The translations under genes and the position numbers were made by a program. The notes beneath the pieces are model-generated. The model was not told where the DNA came from. It worked only from the letters and a program-made list of their open reading frames with translations, and did no database searches. Shown in pieces: positions 49,779 to 61,390 of a stretch of DNA of 64,000 bases. Numbering within the stretch: position 1 is the first letter of the stretch; each line of letters starts with the position of its first letter. The stretch covers positions 2,852,001 to 2,916,000 of the forward strand of contig OZ287069.1 in assembly GCA_965645245.1 (NCBI GenBank), given 5' to 3'. The stretch is from Massalongia carnosa. Lineage: Eukaryota.

Positions 49779-52365
49779 ATGATGAGTCGTGCATTTGCTC
49801 ACTCCGGGTCTAAGTGCTCTACAAGAATTCTGATAAAGCAGAGGCACATTTCTACAACGAGGAAACCATTGCTTCGCATTTCTCAAGAAGTTCAAGATGC
49901 CATCAAGAACCGAAAGCCTGTGGTAGCTCTGGAAACTACGATTTACACTCATGGTAGCAGTTCACGCTCCATATATTTTCAATCAGCAATTCCTAACGGC
50001 TTCCTACCTAGGCTTTCCTCATCCGGAAAATATTAGGCTAGCTACCGAACTTGAATCTTTGGTTCGCAAACACGGTGCTGTTCCGGCCACAATCGGAGTG
50101 CTCCATGGTGTTGCCCGTGTAGGCTTTACGCTTGCGGAGCTTAATGAGCTCACTAGATCAGCCGGAGAACCCGGGACTAAGAAGCTTTCAAGGAGAGATT
50201 TAGGATATGTGTGTGGGCTGGTAATTTTCGATCTATTGCTTTTTCCCAGCAGATTAACAATCTAAGGCTGTTTTCGTCCTTTTTAGGGGATTACAGGTCG
50301 AAAACTGAATGGCGGCACAACTGTCGCTGGGACAATGGCTTTGGCCCACTTGGCTGGCATTAAAATCTTTGCAACCGGTGGGCTTGGTGGTGTGCATCGT
50401 GGCGGACAGAATTCAATGGACATTAGCGCGGATCTTGCTGAGCTTGGCCGCACTCCGGTGACGGTGATAAGTAGCGGATGCAAAAGCTTTTTAGATATAC
50501 CAAGAACGCTTGAATTTCTCGAAACACAAGGTGTTGGTGTCGGTTCTTTCTTGGATGGCCGGCAGGGAGATGTGGATTTCCCAGCCTTCTGGACTAGAGA
50601 CAGTGGTGTCCAGAGCCCGCTGGTGATCATGGATGAAAGGGAGGCTGCGGCGATAATCTGTGGGTTGCATTCTACGATGTGCCTATCGAGACTTGTTAGC
50701 TAACCTGTTTCTCGCCATAGATGCGCAGTCATCCCTAGGCCTTACATCTGGGTTGCTGTTCGCCAACCCTATCCCTGCCAAGTATTCAATTCCAAAGGCT
50801 AGGATGGATGCTGTCATGACGCAGGCACTTGACGAAGCTGAAAGGCTAGGGACAATTGGAAGCGACAATACTCCTTTTGTGCTGAAGAAGATTCGAGAGC
50901 TCACACGCGGGGAGACCGTTGCTGCAAATAGATATCTCGTTGGCGAAAATGTAATTCGAGGAGCGAAAGTAGCAGTCGAACTTGCTGCATTGGAGCTTCA
51001 AAGCCACGAGCGGTGAGGCCATGGTCTCAAATTGCTCTTTTATTGGCTGAACCTTGGTCTACCAGAGTGCCAGGAGAATGTATCTCCATATCGACTTCGC
51101 TAGAAAATTTCACAGAACCATCATGTTCGCCAAGAAAGCTTTCGCCAGGCCCAGACATGTTTCCATCGTCAATGCCTGCCGATGTTGTTGTCGCTGGAGC
51201 CTTGGCGGTTGATCTTTCTTGTGAGTTTATCCATGATGGTAGTGCAACAAAATTGATTACTCCCCAGTTGCAGACTTCGAACCCAGCAATCATCACTCAA
51301 AGCCTTGGTGGTGTTGGGCAGAACATAGCAACCACCCTACATTACCTTAGCACGCCAGTTCGTCTCTGCAGCCTAGTAGCGGATGATGTAGCAGGTATTG
51401 CTGCCCTGGCTATGCTTTCTGAGCGCGGATTGTCGACCTCGGGCATAGAAAAGACCAAAGACGTCTTGGGTACAGCTCAGTACGTTGCTTTTAACGATGC
51501 GCACCAAGACTTAGTCTTGGCCATGGCGGATATGAGAATACTAGAAGCACCAGTGGACTTCGATACCTGCTGGAAACCGCACCTCACCATTTGCAAACCA
51601 AAGTGGGTAATTGTGGATGCCAATTGGGATGCAAGCACCCTTCATGCCTGGATCGTTGCTGGAAAAGCTTCTGGAGCGAAGGTCGCTTACGAGCCGGTGT
51701 CAATCGCTAAATCCAAACGCCTCTTTGCAAAAGCCGCAGGATTAAAAGGGCCATTTCCAGTTTTTCCGCGCCATGGCATCAATCTCGCTACCCCTAACCG
51801 CGCTGAGCTCGCCAGCATGCACGCTGCCGCGAAGGAAGCCGAGCTATTTGAGCGTGAAGACTGGTGGCGCATCATCGACGCGATAGGCCTACCTAGCTCC
51901 GGCTCTCGCGACAAGCTAGTGGCCCTCACAGCCACGAGCCTAGTCGACGCAGGCGTGCCGCAGCAGAGCATCCAATTGCTACCCTTCCTGCCATGTATCG
52001 CCACCAAACTAGGCGCCGAAGGCGTGCTCCTTACCCAACTCCTCCCCCAGCATGACGAGCGCTTGCGATCCCCCGCCTCTGCGCCCTACATCCTTAGTCG
52101 TTCGCAAGTCAGCAGTACCGACAAGCTCTCTATTGGGGGGGTCTACATGCGCTTGTTCCCGCCAGTAGAGCACGTTCCGGCAACAGAGATCTGCAGCGTC
52201 AACGGGGTGGGGGATACTTTTCTCGGCGTGCTTGTTGCGGGTCTGCTCCAGGATTCTGGCAGGAATGTTGTGGAGCTGATTGATGTTGCGCAGAAAGGGA
52301 GCGTGATGACGTTGAGAAGCAAGGAGGCTGTGAGTCCAGAGGTTAGAACTTTACGGTTCTCTTAG
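49779..52365 (+). CDS. Bifunctional pseudouridine-5'-phosphate glycosidase (PsuG/IndA) + PfkB-family pseudouridine kinase
   Basis: [41 protein letters not shown] and DISADL.ELGRT (PsuG); GGVGQN, DAN, EPVS and [11 protein letters not shown] (PfkB); joined across introns. Confidence 0.9.
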
Positions 52366-52729
52366 GGGAAAATTTTCTGTCCATTCAACTTAAATGTACT
52401 AGTGGTGAGTTGAGACAGGGGATTATATTCATGGGCGGTTCTGCGAGTGCTTGCAGTCATTTCATATGGGAAGGGAGACTGCCGAAGCAAGAAAAGATGG
52501 CATATACCATATCAGGGTTTATACGTAGAGAGAATATACACTGGAAGTATTTTATGCTGGTTGCAAACGAACCAACCCGTGCTGTTTCAGTCTGGCCCGT
52601 CACTACTTCCCAGAAGGAAAATTATCGGGAATCGGGAAAATGTACGCTTGAGAATGTATGTATATGCGTGATCTGTAGCACACCATCCCATCAACCGACC
52701 CCTTAAAAACTCCCTTCCTATCCAGAAGC

Positions 52730-55220
52730 CTATCCCTCGCCCCCCAAATCCAATTTCCTCCACCGTAAGCCTTTCCCTTCCTTCTCCATCCACCGACCCA
52801 GCGTCTTCCCCCGAGGCCTCTTCGCTCTCTCTCGCACCAGAGCTGGCAGTCCCAAGTCCCTTCTCGTCCTGGCCCTGTTGCCCAGCTCCTTCACGACCTC
52901 CGTCCCCCACCGATACACCAAGTCCGCCACCTCGCCCGCCACCTCGTCTCCCTCAACCTTCCGTACCACCTCTAACACCCACCGAAACCGCTCCGTGCTC
53001 ACCCAGCGGCTGTCTTCCAGCTGCCGTACTCCGCCCGCCAGCACCAGAGCGCGCGACATGTCCACCCCGACCGGGCCGAGGCAGTGCCATTTGTGCAACC
53101 GGTAGCAGCGGCGCACGTTCCGGAATGCGACGCTGGGGTACAGGTGCGTCGCTTGGGCGTAGGCAAGGGCCATGCGCTCGAGGAGGCGTGCCCGTGCTTG
53201 GCGGATCTGCGGGTGTTCGTGCGAGGAGGGGAAGCCTTTCCAGGATGTGGCGAGAATGTTAGCAGGCGCGGGGCGGAAGGGTTGAGGCGGTGGGGTCAGA
53301 GATTTCTGGCGATCAAGGCGGTAACGGAGGGCGGTGGAGGGGTTGAAGCGCGGGTTACGGATCATGATTTCGGCGACAGCAGGGCAGGCTTCAAGGGGAA
53401 TATTGGGAGTACATTTGAAAAGGCGGAACGCAATGTGGGGGTTTGAGATGGATTGTTCGGCGATCTCGCGGACGATGGCTGTGACAGGAATAGGGAGTTT
53501 TAGCGGTTGGATGTTATTGGCGATCTCCAGAACGGTAAGCGACTTTCGATCTTCACGCAAAAGTGAAAATAGACGCCGAATCTTCCTGGAGTTGGAGGGG
53601 AACTTGGGTCCTAGAGATTGGAGCATTGTAATGAAAGGAGAAACCCGGGTTGTAGGTATGGGAAGGTCTTTTTGGAAGGGGGTGGTTTCTGTTCTGACAC
53701 TGTGGTAGGTGCTTTTGTTACCGATTCCTGGTGCAAACCAGTTTCGTTGGAGAAAAGAGCATTGCTGTTTGCTGGGTAAATGGTGAAGATAAGAATTAAG
53801 AATGTCAGGACTCTGATGTGCTATTATACGCTCAAATTCTAACCACTCCTCGCTAGAGCTAAGGAATCGAAAAATCTTGTGGCGTACGAGAACCGACCAC
53901 CAAGCATGAAGGCACTCCAGTAGAGCCATGCGGGGAACTGAGTCGTGTCCCCGGCTGCTCAAAAGGGCTCTGCTCGCGCCTGCAATACATGTAAATGCTA
54001 CGTTGATAGGCGCTCTGCGTAACATGCACAGAAGCTGAGAGACAGCGTCAATATCAAACTCTTGAACATTACGTTGCCTTTTTTGAGGTAGTAGAAAACA
54101 TTTGAGAAACGAAGAAATGCTTGGTGCCATGTTACGTCGGAGCTGCCTTGCAGTAGAGGATTTGACAATAGCAAACCCTAACAATTTTTCCTCCCAGGAA
54201 AGCGATCGAGAAGCAATGGATTCAAGGAGTTCATTGAGCACGCTACCGTCGACATCTCGGACTCCGATGACAGTAGATGATTCAAGGCCTTCAAAAATCG
54301 TCCGAGAATAACCGGAGTGGGTTGTCTCTGATCCTAATGACCTATTTATAAAGGACGCTGTCTTAACTAGATGCAAAAGTTCTTTTTCAGAAAGAATTCC
54401 CGAGGAGACCTGGCGTTTGATCCAAATATGAAGGAGCTTATTATCCTCCACGTCCAGGGGCTGTCCCACGTACCAGCGCAGAAAATAGCTCAAATTCTCG
54501 GATCCGGCAGCATTGAGCGAAGAATCCTCGAGGAATTGCAGAGTCGAGCCCAATCCGTATTTTTTCTCGAGCAAGTGTTGCATTATTAGCTTGCTACACC
54601 TCTGGCTTGAGCGTAAATCAACACCTAGGCTTGCCGCTAATCTTTGAATACCTTCCAGAGATCTACAAGAACTCAATTTTGCGACGAAATCTGACATCTT
54701 ATTCGTAGCTTCAGGGGTCTGGGCGTTTCTGACTATTCCTAAGTCATGCGTTTTGGCCTCTTCAGACGCATGCGAGGGCTTCATGTCGTCCACTAGGTTG
54801 ATATCGGTAAGCCATGACGGTAAGGACACTGCTCCATTGCGATATCAGCAGTGATACGCCGAAACTAGAAAGATTCGATTTACCATCTTTTGCCTCCGGT
54901 TTTGGCTCTTGTGAACCAGGTATGGCAGGGGCCTGCCATTGCCACCCCTTTGGGTCCTGCCCTAGGTTCATGCCAGCCAGAAAACTTGGATCAACTAATG
55001 TTGTTCCCGACGAGGCGAGATTCATCATTCGCCTCTTTGCGGCCCTTCTTCTTGCTTCCAATGGCCCAGGAATAGAGCTTCCACATCGTCTCGAGACTCT
55101 GGATAGCGTGAAACGGTAGATGGCATCACTGAGAACATTATCGGTGATCCAGATATGATCTGTAGGAGCTTTGGATTGTCGCGGTACAATATGACAGAAA
55201 ATCTGCCGTCTGAATGACAT
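52730..55220 (-). CDS. Conserved fungal hypothetical protein, possibly mitochondrial; exons 55220-54884, 54828-52730
   Basis: Long ORF; N-terminal DHIWITDNVLS...RR.GSSIPGPLEARRRAAKRRMM; GTAAAT..CAG intron keeps the frame. Confidence 0.75.
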
Positions 55221-55436
55221 GGGGACGCTCAATTAATGGCATTGTGCATTGGATTGGGTCTCTTTTCTTATTTGGTGGGTCTTCAACTACAGTATCGTAG
55301 TGTGTAGATATATGGACTTTTGCGTGTACTTATCTATTTCACGATAGACTTACTAAAGCTCGTCATTTTTATATCAACCTCAACTTAACTAGTTATCTAT
55401 TTTCAATTAAGCTAGTGGGTTTCGGTAAATATACTA

Positions 55437-56616
55437 CGAGATGCTTAGCCTCTGTGTAAATCTTTACTAGTAAACAGCCATTTTACTAGGGTGCGTACAA
55501 GCTAGCAGTTACACTACGTATTAATAATGTTGCTATTACTGACTAAATGTATTCAACATCTACAAATCTGCCTATTGCGATGACTTCAATTCCAAAAACT
55601 CGTCAATCAATTGCGATACATCATCTTTTCTAGGCTTCATGATTTTAGCCACTTTTCTCATCGTCGTTTCCTTTCTCGCTTGAGTCCTAATCTGTTTGAC
55701 TGATTTCTCGACTCTTTCCTGAGATTCCAACTCCAACTGAGCCTTTGATTTCTTCGTCACATCTCGAGACCTTCGCGTTGTTGCGGAGGAAGTAGGAAGA
55801 ATTTGACTGATGCGCACGTTTTGACTAAGACTATAAAGAGATGAAGGCGGCGCTGCCTGAAATAGTGCTTTTTGACTATGCTTGGCAAGCACATCGTCAA
55901 TATCTTCGAGCGAATCCGACGAGGCTTCTGATGGAAGCATAACATCATTATCGTCATCCGAAGGAAGCATAGGACTCATAGAACGACCGAGAATGGGCTG
56001 AGAGTTTATATACTGCACCTCGTCGTCGTCGGAGACGATAGGCGCGTTTTCGATTCTCTTCATGACTAAGTTTTCTCCTAAATCTATTGTACCTTGTACC
56101 CAATATTAGCCGACCCGAGCGCAATAGTGAGTTCTGTGATCAACGCGAAGCCTTGGGTGAAGGCATAGTCTTGAAGGCGAGTCTTCGCCTTCTTTCAAGA
56201 CGAAAATAACTCATTCTCTTGCGGAGGGAGGAGGTGAGATGGGGGTAGAAGGGCAATGGCATGTTGCTTCCGTGCATTCAAAGAAGTAGGATCGGACTCC
56301 ATCGCGATGAGGAGTAATAAAATATATAATATGAGGTATAGCATAAGTGGAAGGGAGATTTAAGGAGGGCAAAGGGTTAGGACAAGGGCAAGGGCAAATG
56401 GTAAGTGAGGGTGAGGGTGAGGGTATGCTTTATCAGACCGAGCAGGGTAATTATTAGTAGCAATAAACACGTTATACGATTTAAACCGAAAAGAGTTTAA
56501 TGTGCTGTTGACAGCAGCATTACTAGCTTGTACGCACCCTGGATGAGCAGTAAAATGGCTGTTTACTAGTAAAGATTTACACAGGGGAAGGGGGGGGACT
56601 GTCCCTAAGCATCTCG
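55437..56616 (-). mobile_element. Internally deleted Mutator-like element (MULE), non-autonomous
   Basis: 9-bp TSD AATATACTA at 55428-55436 and 56617-56625. Long imperfect TIRs CGAGATGCTTAG..CTGTGTAAATCTTTACTAGTAAACAGCCATTTTACT..AGGGTGCGTACAAGCTAG. Remnant N-terminus LPPSHLLPP..ELFSS*KKAKTRLQDYAFTQGFAL. Confidence 0.85.
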
Positions 56617-58949
56617 AATATACTACATGTTTCTCCTTTTCTTTTCATTCTTGCTAGTTTGAAAACCAAGGCCAGTAACGTTAGGAGATATATGCAGCTA
56701 CCGAAGTAAGAATGCTGTCGAGTTTGCTAGATGCATGTCTTATCTTAGAGCTTGGAGCATGCATGGACTCAAGAGCAGAATTGCAGCTCGTCACATAAAG
56801 TATTACGAACTACTATGGATTTCGAAGCTTTAACAAGTATACTCATTCGCCTTAATATTTCATGGATGGCTTTTTATGTTTTGCAAATAAATGTAAGAGC
56901 AATTATACTTCGTCATTTTTCCCTTCCGATATTTCCATTTTACCTTTTCAGCCTTTGTCTGCTTGGTTTTCGCTATTCACAACATGGATAAGAGCTCCAC
57001 CGACAGTATTGGGTTGTCAATGGATAGACGATATGAGTTCTAGACTCGGTAGTGAGCGCAGCTATGAATAAATGAGAATGGCGAATGGATAGACCGCCGA
57101 TGGACCATCTGAAATATATATTTCCCTGGTTCTCTGTGTTTCCTGCATATCGTTCTCCAATACCACCTCTAAACCGTATATAATCCGGAAGCCCAAAACT
57201 ATATACTATTTTATATCTCTAAAAAATCAGTGCTACCATCCTCTATTCACATCCTGAACCTTTATCATACCTCGAACTCCTAACTCACCCCTATCTTCTC
57301 TTGCTCTACCCAGCACCACTTTCTTCTCACAACTTTCTTTCAGATCCTGCTGTCGCTACACAGATCATCGTGACTATCGCCACAACAAGGTCTACCCATC
57401 AACCATATCACTTTTCTTCCCACATTTCAAGACAAGAACCCCTGCAGCAATGAGCTCCTCCGCGGCTACCACAGGCAAAATCTTGAACGGTGGCGAGGAA
57501 GTCTCGGTTAGCGTCGTGGGCACGTCTTGCCTTGGCGTCTCTTTTTGGACCGAATCTAAGATTAGGCGCTCGTCCGCCCATGGGTTTCAGCTACTCGTCG
57601 AAAATGGGCCTGGAGAGCCCCCGGAGGTGACGTATGGCTCGCCCAGGAATGTGAAGGATTGTTATGGTGTGCAGAAGAATTCGGACCAGCCGGGAACGTA
57701 AGCGGGTACTTTACATGCGAGTCCTATAATCTAGAATCGAGCAAGAAATGTATGGACTCTTATTTAAGGTGGTTCGTGGCCTATTCGTGGGAGGGCACGG
57801 ATGAAAAGGACATCATGATTCATGACGTTGCCATAGAATTCACGGCATCCCAAGTGTTGGTGGATTTCCAGAAGACACAGGAGCGGTAAGCTATCTTGTG
57901 TATAGTCATAGGTACTCCATGGCCCCACAGATGAGTACTATGGGAACTGAGTTGTAATATATCATCTGTCCATACTTTCCTCAATATTGTCTCATATACC
58001 CCTGAAATCTTGATTTCTTTACCCTCACGGCTCCCATTACCCTTGGCAAAAGATAAATAAAAACTAGATAGACAAGAATGGAGATAAGCGGGTAGATATT
58101 TGAGAGAATGAGGAAAATTAGATGGAGAGGAGTTAGAACGAATAATACAGCTTAGAAGGAAGAAACGAAGGGAGAGTAGGAATGAGGACGAAAACAGAAG
58201 GGTAGAAAGAAAATTCCAAAGAGGGCGCTTTGGCTAGAAACGGAACATTGTGGCGTAGGTGAAGACAGGGAGAAAGGACAACAGGAAAGATGCAAATAGA
58301 GGGGACTGAGAGGAAATCAATGGCGATTAGGGGGGTTGGGTATGAAATTGGATTTGAGGGTTGCGGAAGTAAACGAACAATGTCTAGTATTTTGCTTTAG
58401 AGCATTTCTTACCTTAGCCACCTATTACCCACTTTTCATCTCGGCAGGGAAATAAAATCAAGTGAAGATACAGAAGAAGGGGTAAAGGGGGTAAAAGAGG
58501 TAACAAAGTAGATTCTCGAAGAGATTTTGGGGATGAACACTGAGGGACAGGAGGGATATAGTGCCATCTTTTCATAAAGGATGGCTGAGAAACAGGGTTG
58601 GGGCTATTCTAATGGCTAGTGGCCCATTATGTGAGATCGGAAAACGAGAAACGGTAAACGTGTAGTTCTTGTAGAGTCGCACTTTGTGTCAAAGACATGG
58701 AACCCCGTGAAAGTGATTGACAAGGTGCCAAGGTAGAAGGTGAAGTATGACTGGAGCATATAATTGACCATGGGAAAAAGAAAGTCCTTCATTATATCTA
58801 AAAATTAAATATAAGTTTAACTAGGTTGTTTTAAGGGTATCAAATGCAGTCGCCCAAATCATCATGTACAGTCCAAATTCGTTGTGGGTATGGAAATAGT
58901 CAGAAGGGCCCCCAGAGAAATCCTACAAGGGAAAAAACCGCCAGTTCAA

Positions 58950-60463
58950 TCACCAAACCGAGCTTTGTTTCTTCTGTAGTCGCTGGGGTTGGTTATCGCT
59001 AACGCTTCGGATACCAAAGAAACTCTTCTTTGGCTTAATCTTTTTGCCGTTAGGCATGGCGGATGAACCGCTGAAACCCCCACTTGAAGGAGCGTTCCCC
59101 GGCGTTTGCAAGTAAGGCCTTGAAGACCGCTGAGGTTGTGGTAATAACCACGGCTCAGAGCTCTGAGGCCTTGAAAAGGGCGTCTGTAAGATTGGCGCCG
59201 AGTGCTGTTGTGGAAATTTGGACCGAATTTGTCTTTGCTCAGCCGCGTACAGCTTTTTCAACCTTTCGGTTTCTTTGTCGACCTCAGCTTGCTTTCGTTG
59301 TCTTTCCCGCTCCTCTGTCTCGAGCATCTTCTTAAGACGTTTTGTCTCCGCGTTTTCAGCCCGCCTCCGTTCGCGTTCTTCATGTTCTACTTGTTTCTTA
59401 AGACGTGCCGTCTCCGCATCTAGCGCCCATTGGGAGCGTGGATCTGTAGGAGGTGGACGAGGATCTAAGGCTTCCTTCTGTAAAGGGTTCCTTTGGCCAG
59501 GCACCGAGGGCGAAGGATGGGGATATTGTATGTTTGTCTTGGGGGTATTAGCTAGATGATGCTTTGCAGGTGCATTTACAGCCGTAGACGTGTTGTTATT
59601 AGCTGAGTTTTTCCTTGAAGAAGTGACGTTACTGTTCCTTCTTGGGAGCTCGTCAATGTTGAAAATATCTTTCAGCTGCCCATTAAAAACCTCCCTAATA
59701 ATGACTGCACCAAGAAGTAGCACCACCTCTAGACCTTTGGGATCTTCCATGTCGACCCTGTAGAAGTTTGGTTCATATAGCGTGATCTCCCTTAACTGTT
59801 GGAAAAGGGCTATCGTAATATCTGGCTCTCTATGTTTTCTCTTACTGCCATCGAGATTGGTAGATCTGCCTGCCAAGGAGCACACATAGTCCTTTGCAAA
59901 CTTGCCATCTTTTCTCCATTTAAAAGTGATCTTCGGAGTCGTCTCCGACGCAGTTGGGTCACTTTGGGTTCGATCGAGTGCGGAAGCCGATGGCTGCCTG
60001 AAGCTTTGTTGAGGCATCTCAAATTCCCAGTAAAGAGCAGAGTTCCATGATCCAGGATACCACCGAACCACTACTTGCTGATCTGGGTTGTATAGTTGTA
60101 TCGTGAACTCCGTAGGGAGTATCGGTTGTGGAGGGGCTACACCTCCATTTCGGCGAATCTCTTCTTGTGACAAAGTTGGTTGCGTCCATTGTGGTATGAG
60201 TAGAACCTCCCCGAACAAGATTTCTGGGTTGTAGCTATCATACAAGGCTACCGCGTATCGATTCTTCGAGGCTGATAAAGCGGGATCAGGATGGCGGAGA
60301 AAATACGCCGGAGCTGCATCCGAGCCATGATGCGTGAGCAGAATAGAAGCATTATGTTTGACGCCGTCACTCGAGGGCTTCAGGTAAAAGGCTATTCGTC
60401 ATCAGCGCAGGTATAAACAGGCGAGTTTTTTTTTGACTTACTCGGTAGATTCTCGTCGAGCAT
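58950..60463 (-). CDS. Conserved fungal hypothetical protein; exons 60463-60442, 60391-58950
   Basis: MLDENLP|TFYLKP...NRYAVALYDSYNPEILFGEVL...WEFEMPQQSFR.PS...YEPNFYRVDMEDPKGLEVVLLL, followed by a coiled coil. Confidence 0.8.
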
Positions 60464-61317
60464 ATTGGGGGAATATAAAAATAAGGAACTACCTATATTT
60501 ACCAAGAGAATACACGCAATTACTTCAGTGTCAATATTGTAAAAGCAGACAGCCTTTAGTGGGAAAAGGTAAGCTTTATAGGTGGGATCCCAAGGGCTCC
60601 TCGTCTCCCAATCGCCAGTGGCAAGGCTGAAACCCTCGGACGTCAACGTCAGACAAGGCTTCAGGTCAACTAAAGTTACACAACTGGCCACCTGGCTTCC
60701 GCTCCCGCGATTTATTTATGGTTAGTAAAGCCTATGTTATTGGTGACTTCACAAGCCAATTGGAATCATGTACGAACATAAGCGAACATTCGCATTTCGA
60801 CATAACGCTATACTTGGAAACTCTGTGCTTGCGTGGCTTTCGACAAAGCGGAGTCTGAATAACGTTGGAAAGGGCCTTTAGAGCGCCAAAACGCTACACC
60901 TAGATCTACAGCGTGCTCTGGATGTAAGTGGTTAGTTAGCTGGAGATTCTATTGATGGTTTGATAGAGGGACGGCTTGGCTTGGACTACTCGTACAGACA
61001 TAAGCCTATCAAATGGCAGGTTTTTACAATCAGTTCAACTAGCTCTACGACGGTTGATACTTTTTAACGTATCACCAAATCATGAAGAAGATTGCCATTC
61101 AGCCACCACTTCTCCAACTCTCTCACGATGAGCTTGTAGTCAGGCGCGTACCTTTTGGCTTGAAAAATGCTCTTCTTTGCCTCGTCAGTCCTCTCAAGGC
61201 CTCGACACGCGATAGCCATTCGAAAATGCACATTGCCTTTTCAGCATTCATGATCAGTGTATCAGCACCTTCAAGAATACTTTAGTGCACGTTCCTATGT
61301 TCAATATCCGATGCCAC

Positions 61318-61390
61318 GGCTGGCAACGAGGACCACCTGTACGCGGTGCCGGCTACGAACCTTCTGCTTGCCAGAAGAGCCAAGTGTCTC
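61318..61390 (+). ncRNA. HDV-like (delta-like) self-cleaving ribozyme, predicted
   Basis: P1 GGCUGGC/GCCGGCU with G1-U wobble; P3 ACC/GGU; L3 UGUACGC; P1.1 GU/AC; P4 CUUCUG/CAGAAG; J4/2 GCCAA (C61380 = C75 equivalent); P2 GAGGACC/GUGUCUC (imperfect). Confidence 0.8.

Noticed and set aside
49779..52365. PsuG-PfkB fusion as a novelty
   Set aside because: The bifunctional pseudouridine-catabolism fusion is already known in fungi and other eukaryotes.
30811..52365. Closely spaced divergent gene pairs (MTQ2/SDH7, PUP1/NUP159, OST1/PsuG-K)
   Set aside because: Ordinary compact housekeeping arrangement; no shared pathway.
57450..57889. Two short plus-strand ORFs
   Set aside because: Possibly a small spliced or decayed gene, but no supportable family or exon model.
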